Shown here piece after piece: positions 13,856 to 26,942 of a stretch of 64,000 nt of DNA (the stretch's first letter is position 1; each line of letters starts with the position of its first letter). This stretch comes from Octopus vulgaris (lineage: Eukaryota): NCBI GenBank assembly GCA_951406725.2, contig OX597814.1, forward strand, positions 220,472,001 through 220,536,000, written 5' to 3'. The notes beneath the pieces were generated by a model. That model saw nothing but the letters and a program-made list of their open reading frames with translations, made no database searches and had not been told where the DNA came from. The position numbers and the translations under genes are program-made.

Positions 13856-14244
13856 TCGATGAAGTCTTTAATGCCCAAGTACTCAGCTCATTTGTGCTCT
13901 GGCTTTCAAGCAAATTAATGTTGCATATCCAATATGCAAACATACTTTCATATCTCACATGTACAAAATATATCTTCAATATCTTGTCTCACTATCATGC
14001 AGCATCACTCACCTTAAACATCCTTTATACTGTAGTCCTTTGCTGTTAATAATTATGATGAGAACAAACAGAAAAGTCAACTAAATCAGGTTTGTACGAG
14101 TAAATCCCAATGAAATATTTATATGCTTATATTTATAGGACTAAAGGCAAACTGATCGAGGTTATATTTTTACAAGCTGTTTAAAGTGCTTGGCTAATGT
14201 GACTTCATAACTACAAAAACAACAATAAATAAGCATGTGTGTAT

Positions 14245-14290
<46 letters not shown>

Positions 14291-14298
14291 TCATATAC

Positions 14299-14605
14299 CA
14301 TCATCATTTAATGTCCGTTGTCCTTGCTGGGATGGGTTGGACAGTATGACCAGAGTTGGCAAGGTGGTGGGGGTTGCACCAGACTCCAGTCTGACTTGGT
14401 GCGGATTATACAGCTGGATGCCCTTCCTGATGCCAACCATTTTACAGAGTGTACTGGGTGCTTATATGTGGTGGTGCACAGGTGCTTTTACATGGTGATT
14501 TAACATGGTGCCACATGGGCAGTTTTACATGACACTGCATGGGCGCTTTTATGTGTAGCTGCATTGGCACTTTTACATGACACTGAATGGGTGCTTTTAT
14601 GTGAT
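14299..14605 (-). mobile_element. RTE-LINE 3' tail fragment ending in a ~24-bp degenerate minisatellite
   Basis: catcatcatttaatgtccg...gctggatgcccttcct tail, followed by repeated gggtgcttttacatgacactgcat-like units. Confidence 0.65.
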
Positions 14606-14626
14606 GTATTTATATATATATATATA

Positions 14627-14985
14627 AATCTCATACATAGGTTGGTAAGAATCCTATATGGAACATTGATTCTCGAAGCACATCAAATAAAGCCATAAAT
14701 AACAGCATGTAAATATATGGGTTGAAAAACCCATTTGGACAGAAAATCTCAAAGGCTACACCATAGGACTTGAACCCACATCAGCAGATATGACAGGTGT
14801 TCTACCATTGGAACAAAGCAATCCTTCAAATTTCTCTATCCATTTTAGAAACTTTATTCTTATCAGCACAAATTATGAACTGTTGATGTCATGTCTATAG
14901 GAGATGTGAGTTTGAGACTTGTGGACAACCTTCAGCTTTCTCTATTAAAAAGCGTTTTACAACTCAATGTTTACATGCTGTTATA
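14627..14985 (-). mobile_element. Decayed inverted-repeat element between (TA)n tracts with an internal tRNA-like segment
   Basis: aacagcatgtaaa...gttgaaaaac (from 14701) pairs with gttttacaac...tttacatgctgtt (to 14982); the minus strand has A-box-like tgttccaatggtaga and B-box-like gggttcaagtcc. Confidence 0.55.
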
Positions 14986-14991
14986 TATATT

Positions 14992-16431
14992 ACTCTTACT
15001 CTTTTACTCTTTTACTTGTTTCAGTCATTTGACTGTGGCCATGCTGGAGCACCGCCTTTAGTCGAGCAAATCAACCCCGGGACTTATTCTTTTTGTAAGC
15101 CCAGTACTTATTCTATCGGTCTCTTTTTGCCGAACCGCTAAGTGACGAGGACGCAAACACACACCAGCATCGGTTGTCAAGCAATGCTAGGGGGACAAAC
15201 ACAGACACACAAACACACACACTTGTTTCAGTCATTTGACTGCGGCCATGCTGGAGCACCGCCTTTAGTCGAGCAAATCGACCCCGGGACTTATTCTTTG
15301 TAAGCCCAGTACTTATTCTATCGGTCTCTTTTTGCCGAACCGCTAAGTGACGGGGACGCAAACACACACCAGCATCGGTTGTCAAGCAATGCTAGGGGGA
15401 CAAACACAGACACACAAACACACACACTTGTTTCAGTCATTTGACTGCGGCCATGCTGGAGCACCGCCTTTAGTCGAGCAAATCGACCCCGGGACTTATT
15501 CTTTTGTAAGCCCAGTACTTATTCTATCGGTCTCTTTTGCCGAACCGCTAAGTGACGGGGACGTAAACACACACCAGCATCGGTTGTCAAGCAATGCTAG
15601 GGGGACAAACACAGACACACAAACACACACATACATACACACACATATATATGCTGGAGCACCGCCTTTAGTCGAGCAAATCGACCCCGGGACTTATTCT
15701 TTTGTAAGCCCAGTACTTATTCTATCGGTCTCTTTTGCCGAACCGCTAAGTGACGAGGACGTAAACACACACCAGCATCGGTTGTCAAGCAATGCTAGGG
15801 GGACAAACACAGACACACAAACACACACACTTGTTTCAGTCATTTGACTGCGGCCATGCTGGAGCACCGCCTTTAGCCGAGCAAATCGACCCCGGGACTT
15901 ATTCTTTGTAAGCCCAGTACTTATTCTATCGGTCTCTTTTGCCGAACCGCTAAGTGACGAGGACGTAAACACACACCAGCATCGGTTGTCAAGCAATGCT
16001 AGGGGGACAAACACAGACACACAAACACACACACTTGTTTCAGTCATTTGACTGCGGCCATGCTGGAGCACCGCCTTTAGTCGAGCAAATCGACCCCGGG
16101 ACTTATTCTTTTGTAAGCCCAGTACTTATTCTATCGGTCTCTTTTGCCGAACCGCTAAGTGACGAGGACGTAAACACACACCAGCATCGGTTGTCAAGCA
16201 ATGCTAGGGGGACAAACACAGACACACAAACACACACACTTGTTTCAGTCATTTGACTGCGGCCATGCTGGAGCACCGCCTTTAGCCGAGCAAATCGACC
16301 CCGGGACTTATTCTTTGTAAGCCCAGTACTTATTCTATCGGTCTCTTTTGCCGAACCGCTAAGTGACGAGGACGTAAACACACACCAGCATCGGTTGTCA
16401 AGCAATGCTAGGGGGACAAACACAGACACAC

Positions 16432-16482
<51 letters not shown>

Positions 16483-16637
16483 TACGACAGGCTTCTTTCA
16501 GTTTCCGTCTACCAAATCCACTCACAAGGCATTGGTCGGCCCGGGGCTATAGCAGAAGACACTTGCCCAAGATGCCACGCAGTGGGATTGAACCCAGAAC
16601 CATGTGGTTGGTTAGCAAGCTACTTACCACACAGCCA
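14992..16637 (-). repeat. SINE A-derived tandem array: one 5' half followed by 7 copies of the ~205-bp 3' half
   Basis: Units start near 15014, 15221, 15426, 15651 (truncated), 15829, 16033 and 16237. Confidence 0.93.
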
Positions 16638-16920
16638 ATATATATAGTTTTATGTGATGTACTTTGAGAAAGAATGTTGGGAAAAAAGCATTACTTCATG
16701 TTCTCTTGAAGGTTTATAAAATTCTTATGATATCAACAATATATATATTATATATATATACATATAATGATGCTAGGAAGAGCATCAAGCTGTAGAAACT
16801 GCCAAAGCAGACACAGGAGACCAACACAGACCTTAGGTAAGTCAGTTCCTGTTGAACCATCCAACCCACACCAGCATGGAATACAGACGTTAAATGATGA
16901 TGCTCAATATAATGATTATC

Positions 16921-17143
16921 GATCGGGGATCTGGGAAGCCAGAAGGCTGCACCAGGCTCCAGTCTTATCTGGCAACGTTACTACAGCTGGATGCCCTGGC
17001 GTTAGGAAGGGCATCCAGCTGTAGAAACGTTGCCAGATAAGACTGGAGCCTGGTGCAGCCTTCTGGCTTCCCAGATCCCCGGTCAGAACCGTCCAACCCA
17101 TGCTAGCATGGAAAGCGGACGTTAAACGATGATGATGATGATA
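16921..17143 (+). mobile_element. Young RTE 3'-end insertion with a 77-bp fold-back duplication
   Basis: Arms 16921-16997 and 17008-17084 with 2 mismatches; ends gttaaac(gat)n; sits beside an older RTE tail at 16770-16903. Confidence 0.85.
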
Positions 17144-17321
17144 TCAATCTTCACTTGTTTTCAAGTAAGGCAAAATGTCTGCATGGCTAGACAGGGTTAC
17201 ATGAGAGACAGGAAATGAAGTATGCTGTTTGTATGGAGGTGACACTTGTTCATGATCATGTGATTTCAAATCAAGAAAACACACACACACACACACACAC
17301 ACATGTATATATATATATATC

Positions 17322-17602
17322 ACGTGATCACGTGACCGACCAGTCCATCAGATGTAGTTACACATCGCTGGTCACAATGCGTTCGCTTTGTTTTAGCCTT
17401 CGAATGACGCCACCCCGCTGGCTAAGCGAGCAGGCCAACAGAAGAAAGAGTAGTGAAAGAGTACAGCAGGGATCACCACCCCCTGCCGGAGCCTCGTGGA
17501 GCTTTTAGGTGTTTTCGCTCAATAAACACTCACAATGCCCAGTCTGGGTATCGAAACCGCGATCCTACGACCGCGAGTCCGTTGCCTTAACCACTGGGCC
17601 TC
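17322..17602 (-). mobile_element. SINE family B variant
   Basis: Head and body match 50435-50820 and 61491-61882 (ggagcttttaggtgttttcgctcaataaacac...); the 3' part differs. Confidence 0.8.
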
Positions 17603-17634
<32 letters not shown>

Positions 17635-17976
17635 GAGAGGCTTCTTTCAGTTTCCAGCTACCAAATTCACTCTCAAGATGAAAGGAAAAGAATTATCTTT
17701 GTTATCATCATGTAAACAAGTTTGAATTCAATCTCATTTCTTGAACCACACTATTTTGTACAGCTGATACTTATCTTCAATTTTCTGTAGCATTAATCAG
17801 TCACAAGTCTAATATAACTTCTGGCAAGCTAGTAAACTAATCTACCAAAAATTAACATTGCTTAGTGAAATAAACAATGAAATGCTGAGAGCGAAATACA
17901 AAGTCCACAGTCCTTCAATGTACTGAGCAACTTGTGTACAGGCTCATATGTAAACCCCAAATCTTTAATATAAGAC

Positions 17977-18391
17977 ACTCTCTTTTACTCTTTTACTTGT
18001 TTCAGTCATTTGACTGCGGCCATGCTGGAGCACTGCCTTTAGTCGAGCAAATCGACCCTGGGACTTATTCTTTGTAAGCCCAGTACTTATTCTATCGGTC
18101 TCTTTTGCCGAACCGCTAAGTGACGGGGACGTAAACACACCAGCATCGGTTGTCAAGCAATGCTAGAGGGACAAACACAGACACACAAACATATACATAC
18201 ACATACATACATATATATACATATATACGACAGGATTCTTTCAGTTTCCGTCTACCAAATCCACTCACAAGGCATTGGTCGGCCCGAGGCTATAGCAGAA
18301 GACACTTGCCCAAGATGCCACGCAGTTGGGACTGAACCCAGAACCATGTGGTTGGTAGGCAAGCTACTTACCACACAGCCACTCCTGCGCC
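17977..18391 (-). mobile_element. SINE family A
   Basis: Full-length match. Confidence 0.93.
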
Positions 18392-19505
18392 TGTATATAT
18401 CTAGTAAATCAAATGTAGGAGATTATTTAAAACATAAATAAATATCATTTATAATTTTCATTTTGCCTGTTTCTCCCATCTCACTGCTTCGAATACATCG
18501 ACTCAGATGATTTCTAGCTACCTTCAGATACCATATTCTGTCATTTTCTTCTCCTTTAAGCATCAAACAAAGCCTTAATTTCATACTTGCACATTACTAT
18601 TGTACCTGAAGATGCTATCAAAAAATACCGAATGAAATGGATACAAAAGAGATAATTTTATACACATACATAAATATGTGTGTGCGTGTGTGAGTGTGTG
18701 TGTATATATATATATATACATATATGAATGCTCACATATTTATATATAGACAGAGAGAGAAAGAGAAAAAAGGAATAGAAAATGTGGATAAATATTATAG
18801 ATGAATGCCAATAAATCACCTCAAATCTACTGTAGTACAATTGTAATAAATAATGACATGTAACAACTGAAAACTATAAAACTAAAAATAAACTGATACT
18901 AACTGTTTTATTCCATTTACTTTTTGCCTCGCTTGAAGAAACCTCGGTGGTTGCAGAGTTCTTTATTGTTTTTTTTCCCCCCCTCTCAATGTTTACATTT
19001 GTTTTAAGACTGCTCTTGTTTTGTTGTTAACTCAGAAAAAAACATAAAAGAAACATAAATCATGAACTGTTCAAGACTGTTAACTTTGAAAATATGGAGA
19101 TAAAAGAGCATGGTTTTCTTGGGCTGTTAACTCTTTGTTGTCAGCAAGATTTAAAGAAACGAGAAGAATATTAAGGGCCAAAAAAAAACCACCTCAAATG
19201 CCTCGATAACCAGCCTGGCCATCCCCAACCACACACACACACACACACACACAAAGTGAAAGTTATTGTAAAAGTCTAAGAGTTTGTATTTGTATATATT
19301 AATATAAAGATATTCAAATATACAAATTCAAATTTTCAGATTCATCTCAAAGATTCTGGAAAAACTTATGTGATGTCATCTAAAAGAAAATGATAACCAT
19401 TAATTGAACAATGAGCTGCAGAATGAGTCAGGTAAAGGAAGCACATTGGAAAAGGACTGTTGGAGTAAAGAACCAAAACTAAACTACATAATATATATAT
19501 ATTAT

Positions 19506-20164
19506 GGCGCAGAAGTGGCTGTGTGGTAAGTAGCTTGCTTACCAACCACATGGTTCCGGGTTCAGTCCCACTGCGTGGCATCTTGGGCAAGCGTCTTCTG
19601 CAATAGCCCCGGGCCAACCAATGCCTTGTGAGTGGATTTGGTAGACGGAAACTGAAAGAAGCCTTTCATATATATGTATATATGTATGTGTGTGTATGTG
19701 TATATGTATTTCACTACTGCCCACAAGGGGCTAAACACAGAGGGGACAAACGGATTATGTCGATTACATCGACCCCAGTGCGTAACTGGTACTTAATTTA
19801 TCGACCCCGAAAGGATGAAAGGCAAAGTCGACCTCAGCGGAATTTGAACTCAGAACGTAACGGCAGACGAAATACGGCTACGCATTTCGTCCGGCGTGCT
19901 AACGTTTCTGCCAGCTCGCCGCCTTGTATGTGTATATGTTTGTGTGTCTGTGTTTGTCCCCCTAGCATTGCTTGACAACGGATGCTGGTGTGTTTACGTC
20001 CCCGTCACTTAGCGGTTCGGCAAAAAGAGACCGATAGAATAAGTATTGGGCTTACAAAGAATAAGTCCCGGGGTCGATCTGCTCGACTAAAGGCGGTGCT
20101 CCAGCATGGCCGCAGTCAAATGACTGAAACAAGTAAAAAAGAAAGAAAAAAAGAAAAAAAAAAG
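19506..20164 (+). mobile_element. SINE family A interrupted by a nested SINE C
   Basis: The two halves flank the insert, which lies in the internal microsatellite. Confidence 0.92.
19708..19924 (-). mobile_element. SINE family C, young copy with 15-bp TSD; central block resembles conserved Meta/Nin-type SINE domains
   Basis: TSD tgtatgtgtatatgt at 19693-19707 and 19925-19939; minus strand ggcgagctggcagaa...gagttcaaattcc...gtcgactttgcctttcatcctttcggggtcgataaattaagtacc. Confidence 0.88.
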
Positions 20165-21274
20165 ATATGATATATGCAAGTCAGTTGCCCAATGCCTTTA
20201 TCATTCACCTATCTTTCCTCTATACAACTGATGGTTCTGCAAACTTAGAATACATGAGAAGATTTATAAACATTTCTAATAGCTGGAAGACTTTTAAAAT
20301 GATAACCAGTTAGATATGGAGTCTTTGGGGAGCTTCTAATTGGTAGTTTAACCTGTTAGAAATAGCAGTCAAATCTACTTCAAATACCACTTTATTATCT
20401 TGAATTAGGAAAGAATGTATTAAATTACATGGCCCTGTAGAGGAATTCTCATTGGTTTGGAATATATTAGTGGTTTGATAGAGGTGATTTATCACTTGGT
20501 GATTTGGTATCCACTTATTACTGTTGTTGGCATAATACTGTTCCATATGGAATAACTTTTTATGTTCTTTCGGCAAGACATTTATAAAATAGACTCAACA
20601 CCTACATCAGGTCTATTTTTAACCATTTAGAAATAACACCAAATTTCTTATAAATTCCACAATACTGTTTGATAACATCTGAATTTAAGATAGAATGCCA
20701 TAAATGGAATGCACTTGAATATAGATATCTGATCAGGTTGACGTAAGGCTGTAGGTTAAACAACAACTAACATACCGACTCAACAAAAATACAGAGAATG
20801 GGTTAACTTCTCAATTCTTTACCTACTTTTACTGCAGTCAACCCTTCTAGATTTTAAGCTATGTTGATACAAGTGTATAGCTCTAAATATAACTCAAAAT
20901 GGAAAATCAGCAACGGAAGAGATATCAGTTCAGTAGATTAAGAGATAAAGAAAATAAATAAAATAATTCTCATTTTAATTCTTAATCTAGAAACATTAAT
21001 CTAAAACAGAATACAAAGACTTGGTAAATCTTCTGTGCTTGAAACTTTAATTCTTCTTGATCTTGATGCTAGATATTTTCCAGGTATAAAGTTAGAGATA
21101 GAAAATGAATAAACTGAACCTTTGGAGAAGTTAAAGTAACGTGGCCATTTATGTGTAGAAGAGCCAACTATCATCTGTGAATGGATATGGTTAGGTAACA
21201 TGTACCATGTTTTTGCAAAATGTTTTAGTGTCTTCTGAGCAAACATGAGACATCCTCTTGATGCAGTAGCACAT

Positions 21275-21432
21275 CTACTCGCAATACCAGAGGGCGCACA
21301 CTCTCCTACCCTGATGTAATCTCCAGGGATACAGGCATCCAGCAACAGGAACTCCGTAATGCCAGGATGGACCGTGAAGTCTGGCGTAGCATGGTAAATT
21401 CCATTGTCTCGACCACGGTTGAACAATGATGA
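21275..21432 (+). mobile_element. 5'-truncated RTE LINE (second family), 158 bp, 16-bp TSD
   Basis: TSD tgatgcagtagcacat at 21259-21274 and 21433-21448; encodes ...TRGRTLSYPDVISRDTGIQQQELRNARMDREVWRSMV...* typical of an RTE ORF C-terminus; (TGA)n tail. Confidence 0.85.
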
Positions 21433-24400
21433 TGATGCAGTAGCACATTGAGGAGGTGACAGCTGGAAGCAGAAGAGGCTGCATCACCAGTCAGTTGGTA
21501 TTCCTTTTCAGCCAAATAGACTGGAGCAGTGTGAAATGAATTACCTTGCTTAAGGACACAATCCACTGTCCAAGTCTAAAAATTGAACTCACAACTTTAC
21601 AATCTTCAGCTTAACACTCTGACGACTAAGAACATGCCTTCACACTTGATATTTAATACTTCAGCATAGTTTCCACAAAACACGGAAAATCTAAATGAAG
21701 TTGTAATGACAGATCATAATGACTTAAAAGAGTCTTTAGCCAAGTAAGTTAAGATATTGGCGTGTGAATACGTATAGTATAGGCACCATGGACTTGTATG
21801 TATGCTGCTGTATAAATTGCTATACAAGTTTGGAAAAAACATTTTTTTATTATTAACTGGTGGAAAATACTCAAATGTTTTACCAAAGAAGTAGTTAACT
21901 TGCAACGAACCAGTGCTATTCTATCAAAGAAGAATTACCTCACAACTGTTGACCAAAACCAGATATAAATTGCGAATGGACTACATAATTTTGTCTTTCC
22001 CTTATTTAAGACAGCAGGGTGTGATTTAAGGGAGATTTGTCTGTTATTTCAAGAAGATCAACCAACTATATTGAGGCTTCCTCCCATTGGCCTGATACTT
22101 CATAGAAGAAATGGTGTACAGTCTTCAAATAAGATGAAATTTTCAAAACAGCACCAGTTTAGAAAACACATGAGAAATATCTTTCAAAGAATTGTTTTGA
22201 TATCTCAGAGAAATTCATAAAAGATTAGCAAGTAATTAGAATAATAGTTTGGACACTATAGTTAAAATATCAAAGTCATTTGAAATCATTAAGTTACTGT
22301 CAAAATTTGTGATATTTTTAAATGCATTATTTTTGTAAAAGTGTCTTTTGTTCTGTAACAAAAGTGGTATTTAGGAGTAAACATTTAACTTAAGAAATTA
22401 GAATCATCAATTAACCTAAATGTACTATCTACTATTTTTTTGAAAAGCAATTTTTTCTTATCTTTATTGAAACACAGCAGCACCTGGACAACAGCCAAAT
22501 TTGTTTTCAACTTAACTTTACATTTTAATATAATAAACAACTAATGAGAATAATTATTCTCCAAGACATAGAAAAGTGTACAGCAATGATAATTTGAAGT
22601 ACTGAGCAAAACAGTAAAAGCTTAAATATTTGATGATACATTGAAATCATTTCTTCCTGTGCTAAAGGAAAGAAAAAAACAAAAAAAAAGTTATTTATAT
22701 CTTTTTATTAATTACATTATTATTTCATATGCAGTGGACTTTTATTTTCATGTCTGTTCTAGTTTTATTTATTTGTCCACTTGCAAAGATTGAATATATA
22801 TATCCTGATTTCTTTCTAAGGAGTTTATCAAAATAATACAAAAGATTAATAAATAAACACTGACAGAAAGAATGCATTAACATTTGAATGAGATCAGAAT
22901 CAATAGAAGCCAAATTGAAAGCAACTGAACGAAGAAACTACATGGAAATCTTTGCTAGAGGAATGGACAAAATTATTGTCATCATTATTATTCTCATCAA
23001 TGATCGTTATCACTATGAGAACAGCACATCATCCCAATTCAAACTTCCTATATCCATTAGTATTCTCACAGTCAGCAATCTTGTTATGTCTGGATAATAT
23101 AAACATACTGGTCAAGCATATATATTGACGAATAATGTGACTTTGGTGTTATCTACATCAGACCAGCGAAAGCTACTCTACAACTGTCTGTCAAAAGAGA
23201 CAAGTTACTTTCTGCCTTTGCTAAAAAAGCAATATGCCTCAATGTTGCACTGAAAAATCAGCAATAAACATAATTAAATGATTCGCAAATGAAAGTTTAT
23301 TGATCTTCAATGACAGAAACTTCAACAGACTTTCTCCGTGAAATACTTACTGGGTTACATCTAATTGCGTTAACATGAAAAATCTAATCAATTATGACAA
23401 TGATCTGGCTTAAAAGTAGTTATAGACACAGGAGTTGTTGTTGCCTATAACATATTTCATTTGTTTTTATTAATATTTTTTGTCCTCCTGGGACAAAAAT
23501 TATAAAAACAACACACAAACACGCACAAAAAGAAAACATGAACAGCCTTTTTTTAAATTTGGTTTTCAAACATTAACTTCAAGATGGATTGTAACAATAT
23601 GCAAAGCATTCAGTAAATACCATTCAGTAACAATTTCAGTTGTCATAACAGCAAAGGATACCAGAATATAAATCTTGAAGAGAAATTCAAGACAGCAACC
23701 CCAAATAAATGCTACTGCAATGAAGTGCTGTTTCAACAAACCGATCACAAGCTTACTGCAGCTTCCAAGTATCAATAACTAATGCTTGTGAAGGTGTGTA
23801 GCTTAGTGGTTAGGGGCATTTGGCTCACAATTGCCAGGTCATTAGTTTGACTCCCAGTAGTGCATTGTGTCCTGGAACAAGACACTTTATTCCATGTTGT
23901 TCCAGTCCACCTAGCTGGCACCTAGTGCATGTGACTAGAAAGTTGAGTTTCTAATAACATGCCACATTGAAAAATCAAATCAACATTTCACAAGTTGCAA
24001 ACAGAATTGTAAGATATGAGTAAATCATACATGTAAATAAGTGAAGTTTTGTGAAGATAAGTTGAAGATTTTGATCCTCAAAGAGTTAATGAAATGCATA
24101 ATTATTTATATGATTGGGATAAATACTTCAAATGAGCTGAATGTGGTATCTTAAGAATGAGCTTAATTACCAAGCATTCATGCATGTTCAAAAGTGGTGT
24201 TGAAGGAATAGTTTAATTTAACATTAACCAAACTTACAGTTGCTAGATAGAATCTTATTTCTATAACAATACAATATCCTTCTTCCTTTTTACTCTTTAA
24301 CAATCATACGGACTGCAAAGTAACAACACTTCTTTGGAAGTTGAATGGAATTTTCAAAGACAGAAAGTAATATAGTCACCTAAATGCAAAACATCTAAGC

Positions 24401-25621
24401 CAAAACAACTACTTTAGCTTGTGTAGTAAGACATGAGGAGAATTTCAATTATTTTTCATTTTGAAATGGCAGATGCTTGCAGGTAAAAGGTATATTTAGA
24501 AAAGTGTGTGCAAGGATATAAGTATTTTCTTTTTTACAGTTTGAGCAAGATCCCAGAGAACTGTGAATATAATATAATATATATACCAAACGTTTAAAAT
24601 TACTAACATACAATAAACACAAGAGAATTCATTTACAAAATCCAGTTTTATGCCACTTTCAAAATCTGCTTTTTTTGTTTACTAGAATTGGTATGTACAG
24701 TCCAGTCAGGGGGGAATATTACCTTACTTGGAAACAGGTGAAGGTTGGCAAGGAAGAGAATCCAGCCATGGAAAATCTACCATTACAGATTCTGTCAGAC
24801 CCATGCAAGCATAGAAACTTGGACATTAAAACAACGGTGATGCATAATTTCAGTCTGTGTTAATTTTTTTTTAAATGTACTCTGAATCATTCTCTTTTCT
24901 CAGGATTAAAGAATTTAAGTTCATCAAATAATTATTGTCAATATTTTAATGTCATGCTAATATGGAAAAATGAAATTATTTAGAGAAAATGGTATTTATA
25001 ATATTTCATCTCAAATGTTATCTTCAAATTAAGTGTAACCATGGTAAACACTTTTATTCCAATATCTGCACATTTATTTCCATAACTACTATGATCACCT
25101 TCTAAGCTTTATAGTACTACAGAAACATTTCCTACCATATGCTCACAGTCACCTACAACCAGTTAATCATTTAGAACTATCCAATTAGTCCAGCCTTCAT
25201 TAATTCTTTGTAAACAACTCACAGTAGCAGATGCTCTCTACATCTTAGTATCACCTATAGCATTAAACATAATAACTTTGATTTTTGAATAACAAACTTT
25301 AAAAACAACCCATCGGAGCAAAAAACCCTAAATAAATGAAAAAAGATCATCGATGCATAGCCAATAATATCTGATCAATCTATACTGTCCCATCTCTTGT
25401 CAAGCATATTTCCAGCTGTTCAATGAATTATCTTAAGCATCTTAATTGTAAACTACTGATTGTCTTTACAATCCCTACACTTAGGTCACTTTCTAATTAT
25501 ATAAATTTTATGATATTATTACCATTAAATTCAGGGAACAGATATTCCTTTCCAGGGAAAAAAACCCTGAGCAGTTGAGTAGACTGAATGTTTATAAGAC
25601 CCATATATGCCTTGCCGAGTG

Positions 25622-25920
25622 AAGGCACATGGCTTAGTGGTTAGGGCATTCGGCTGACGATCGTAAGGTCGTGAGTTCGATTCCCGGCGATGCGTTGTGT
25701 CCTTGAGCAAGACACTTTATTTCACATTGCTCCAGTCCACTCAGCTGGCAAAAATGAGTTGTACCTGTATTTCAAAGGGCCGGCCTTGTCACACTCTGTG
25801 TCACGCTGAATCTCCCTGAGAACTACGTTAAGGGTACTCGTGTCTGTGGATTGCTCAGTCACTTGCACGTTAATTCCACAAGCAAGCTGTTCCGTTGATC
25901 ATAACCGATGGAGTGCTCCT
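25622..25920 (+). mobile_element. tRNA-derived SINE, family B-related (older copies at ~21500-21640 and ~23790-23920)
   Basis: tRNA head tggcttagtggttaggg...gagttcgattccc; 3' part shared with 50630-50815. Confidence 0.85.
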
Positions 25921-26894
25921 TTTATATGCCTTGCCACAAAGAATTGCTCCCATATTTAGAATTATATTCAAACTCCAAATCTTCAAAATATTAATGACTT
26001 TCACTGACAAACAATTTAGTTTTCTAAAGGAATACAAAAGAGATATCTATACCTTTCTCAAAGGCTTTGCTAGCATAATTAAAGGAAATTTACCTCATCT
26101 GGCCATCTAAACTAGATTGCTAGCTCAGCTCAATGAGTTCTTATATATTCCTCCATGGCATTCACCAAGATACCAGAAATTGTTATTGCATCTGAGAGAA
26201 AGCCATCACCCAAATGAACAAACTTGATGTTTTACTTATCATTATAAAAGGATATTGCTTTACATCAAATTCATTTTATTTTTATTTATCCAATTTTTAA
26301 TTCTACTTTCATTTTTTTAATATTATTGAAGAAACAAAAGCCCAATGCAATAATATTAAAAAAATTCCTTTAACAAAAATTTCTCATAAGAAATAAAAAT
26401 CCTTTATCTAAAATTGAAGGAAAGAAAATATTGAACATCAAATTAGTAGTATCACACATCAAAAAGAAGTTGGTTATAAGATGAACAGGCACACAAGACA
26501 TCTAAATTCTATACAAGCATTGGTTTTGTAGACATTGTATTGCTTTTAATAAGATCTACTGAACCACATTTGTTAATGAAAAAAGAAACCAAATCACTGT
26601 GTATGTATTTTGTGTTTAGTAAAATTAATACAGTTAATATAATTTGAGCGATTGGGTCTGAAATTAATTTACAATGCAACAGAAACAAAGCAAAACACAC
26701 ACACACACACACATAGACATGCATCTATATATGATCTAAGGGGGAAAAACTTAGATATCAAACGTATTGTATTTGATTAAATGAAATTAAAGTAAAAAAA
26801 AACATTAAATTTAAAAAAGTATATTTTTCTTTAGGAAATGAAAAATTGTAACAAAGGAAAACTAAATGAAACAAAAATGTAATCATATATATAG

Positions 26895-26942
<48 letters not shown>

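Noticed and set aside
14992-16637. Regular repeat array resembling CRISPR
   Set aside because: Units are ~205-bp SINE halves with no unique spacers, there are no cas genes, and the context is eukaryotic.
18921-18965. Minus-strand segment reading LCNHRGFFKRGKK before a GT, reminiscent of the integrin-alpha GFFKR motif
   Set aside because: No preceding transmembrane segment and no good acceptor; likely chance.
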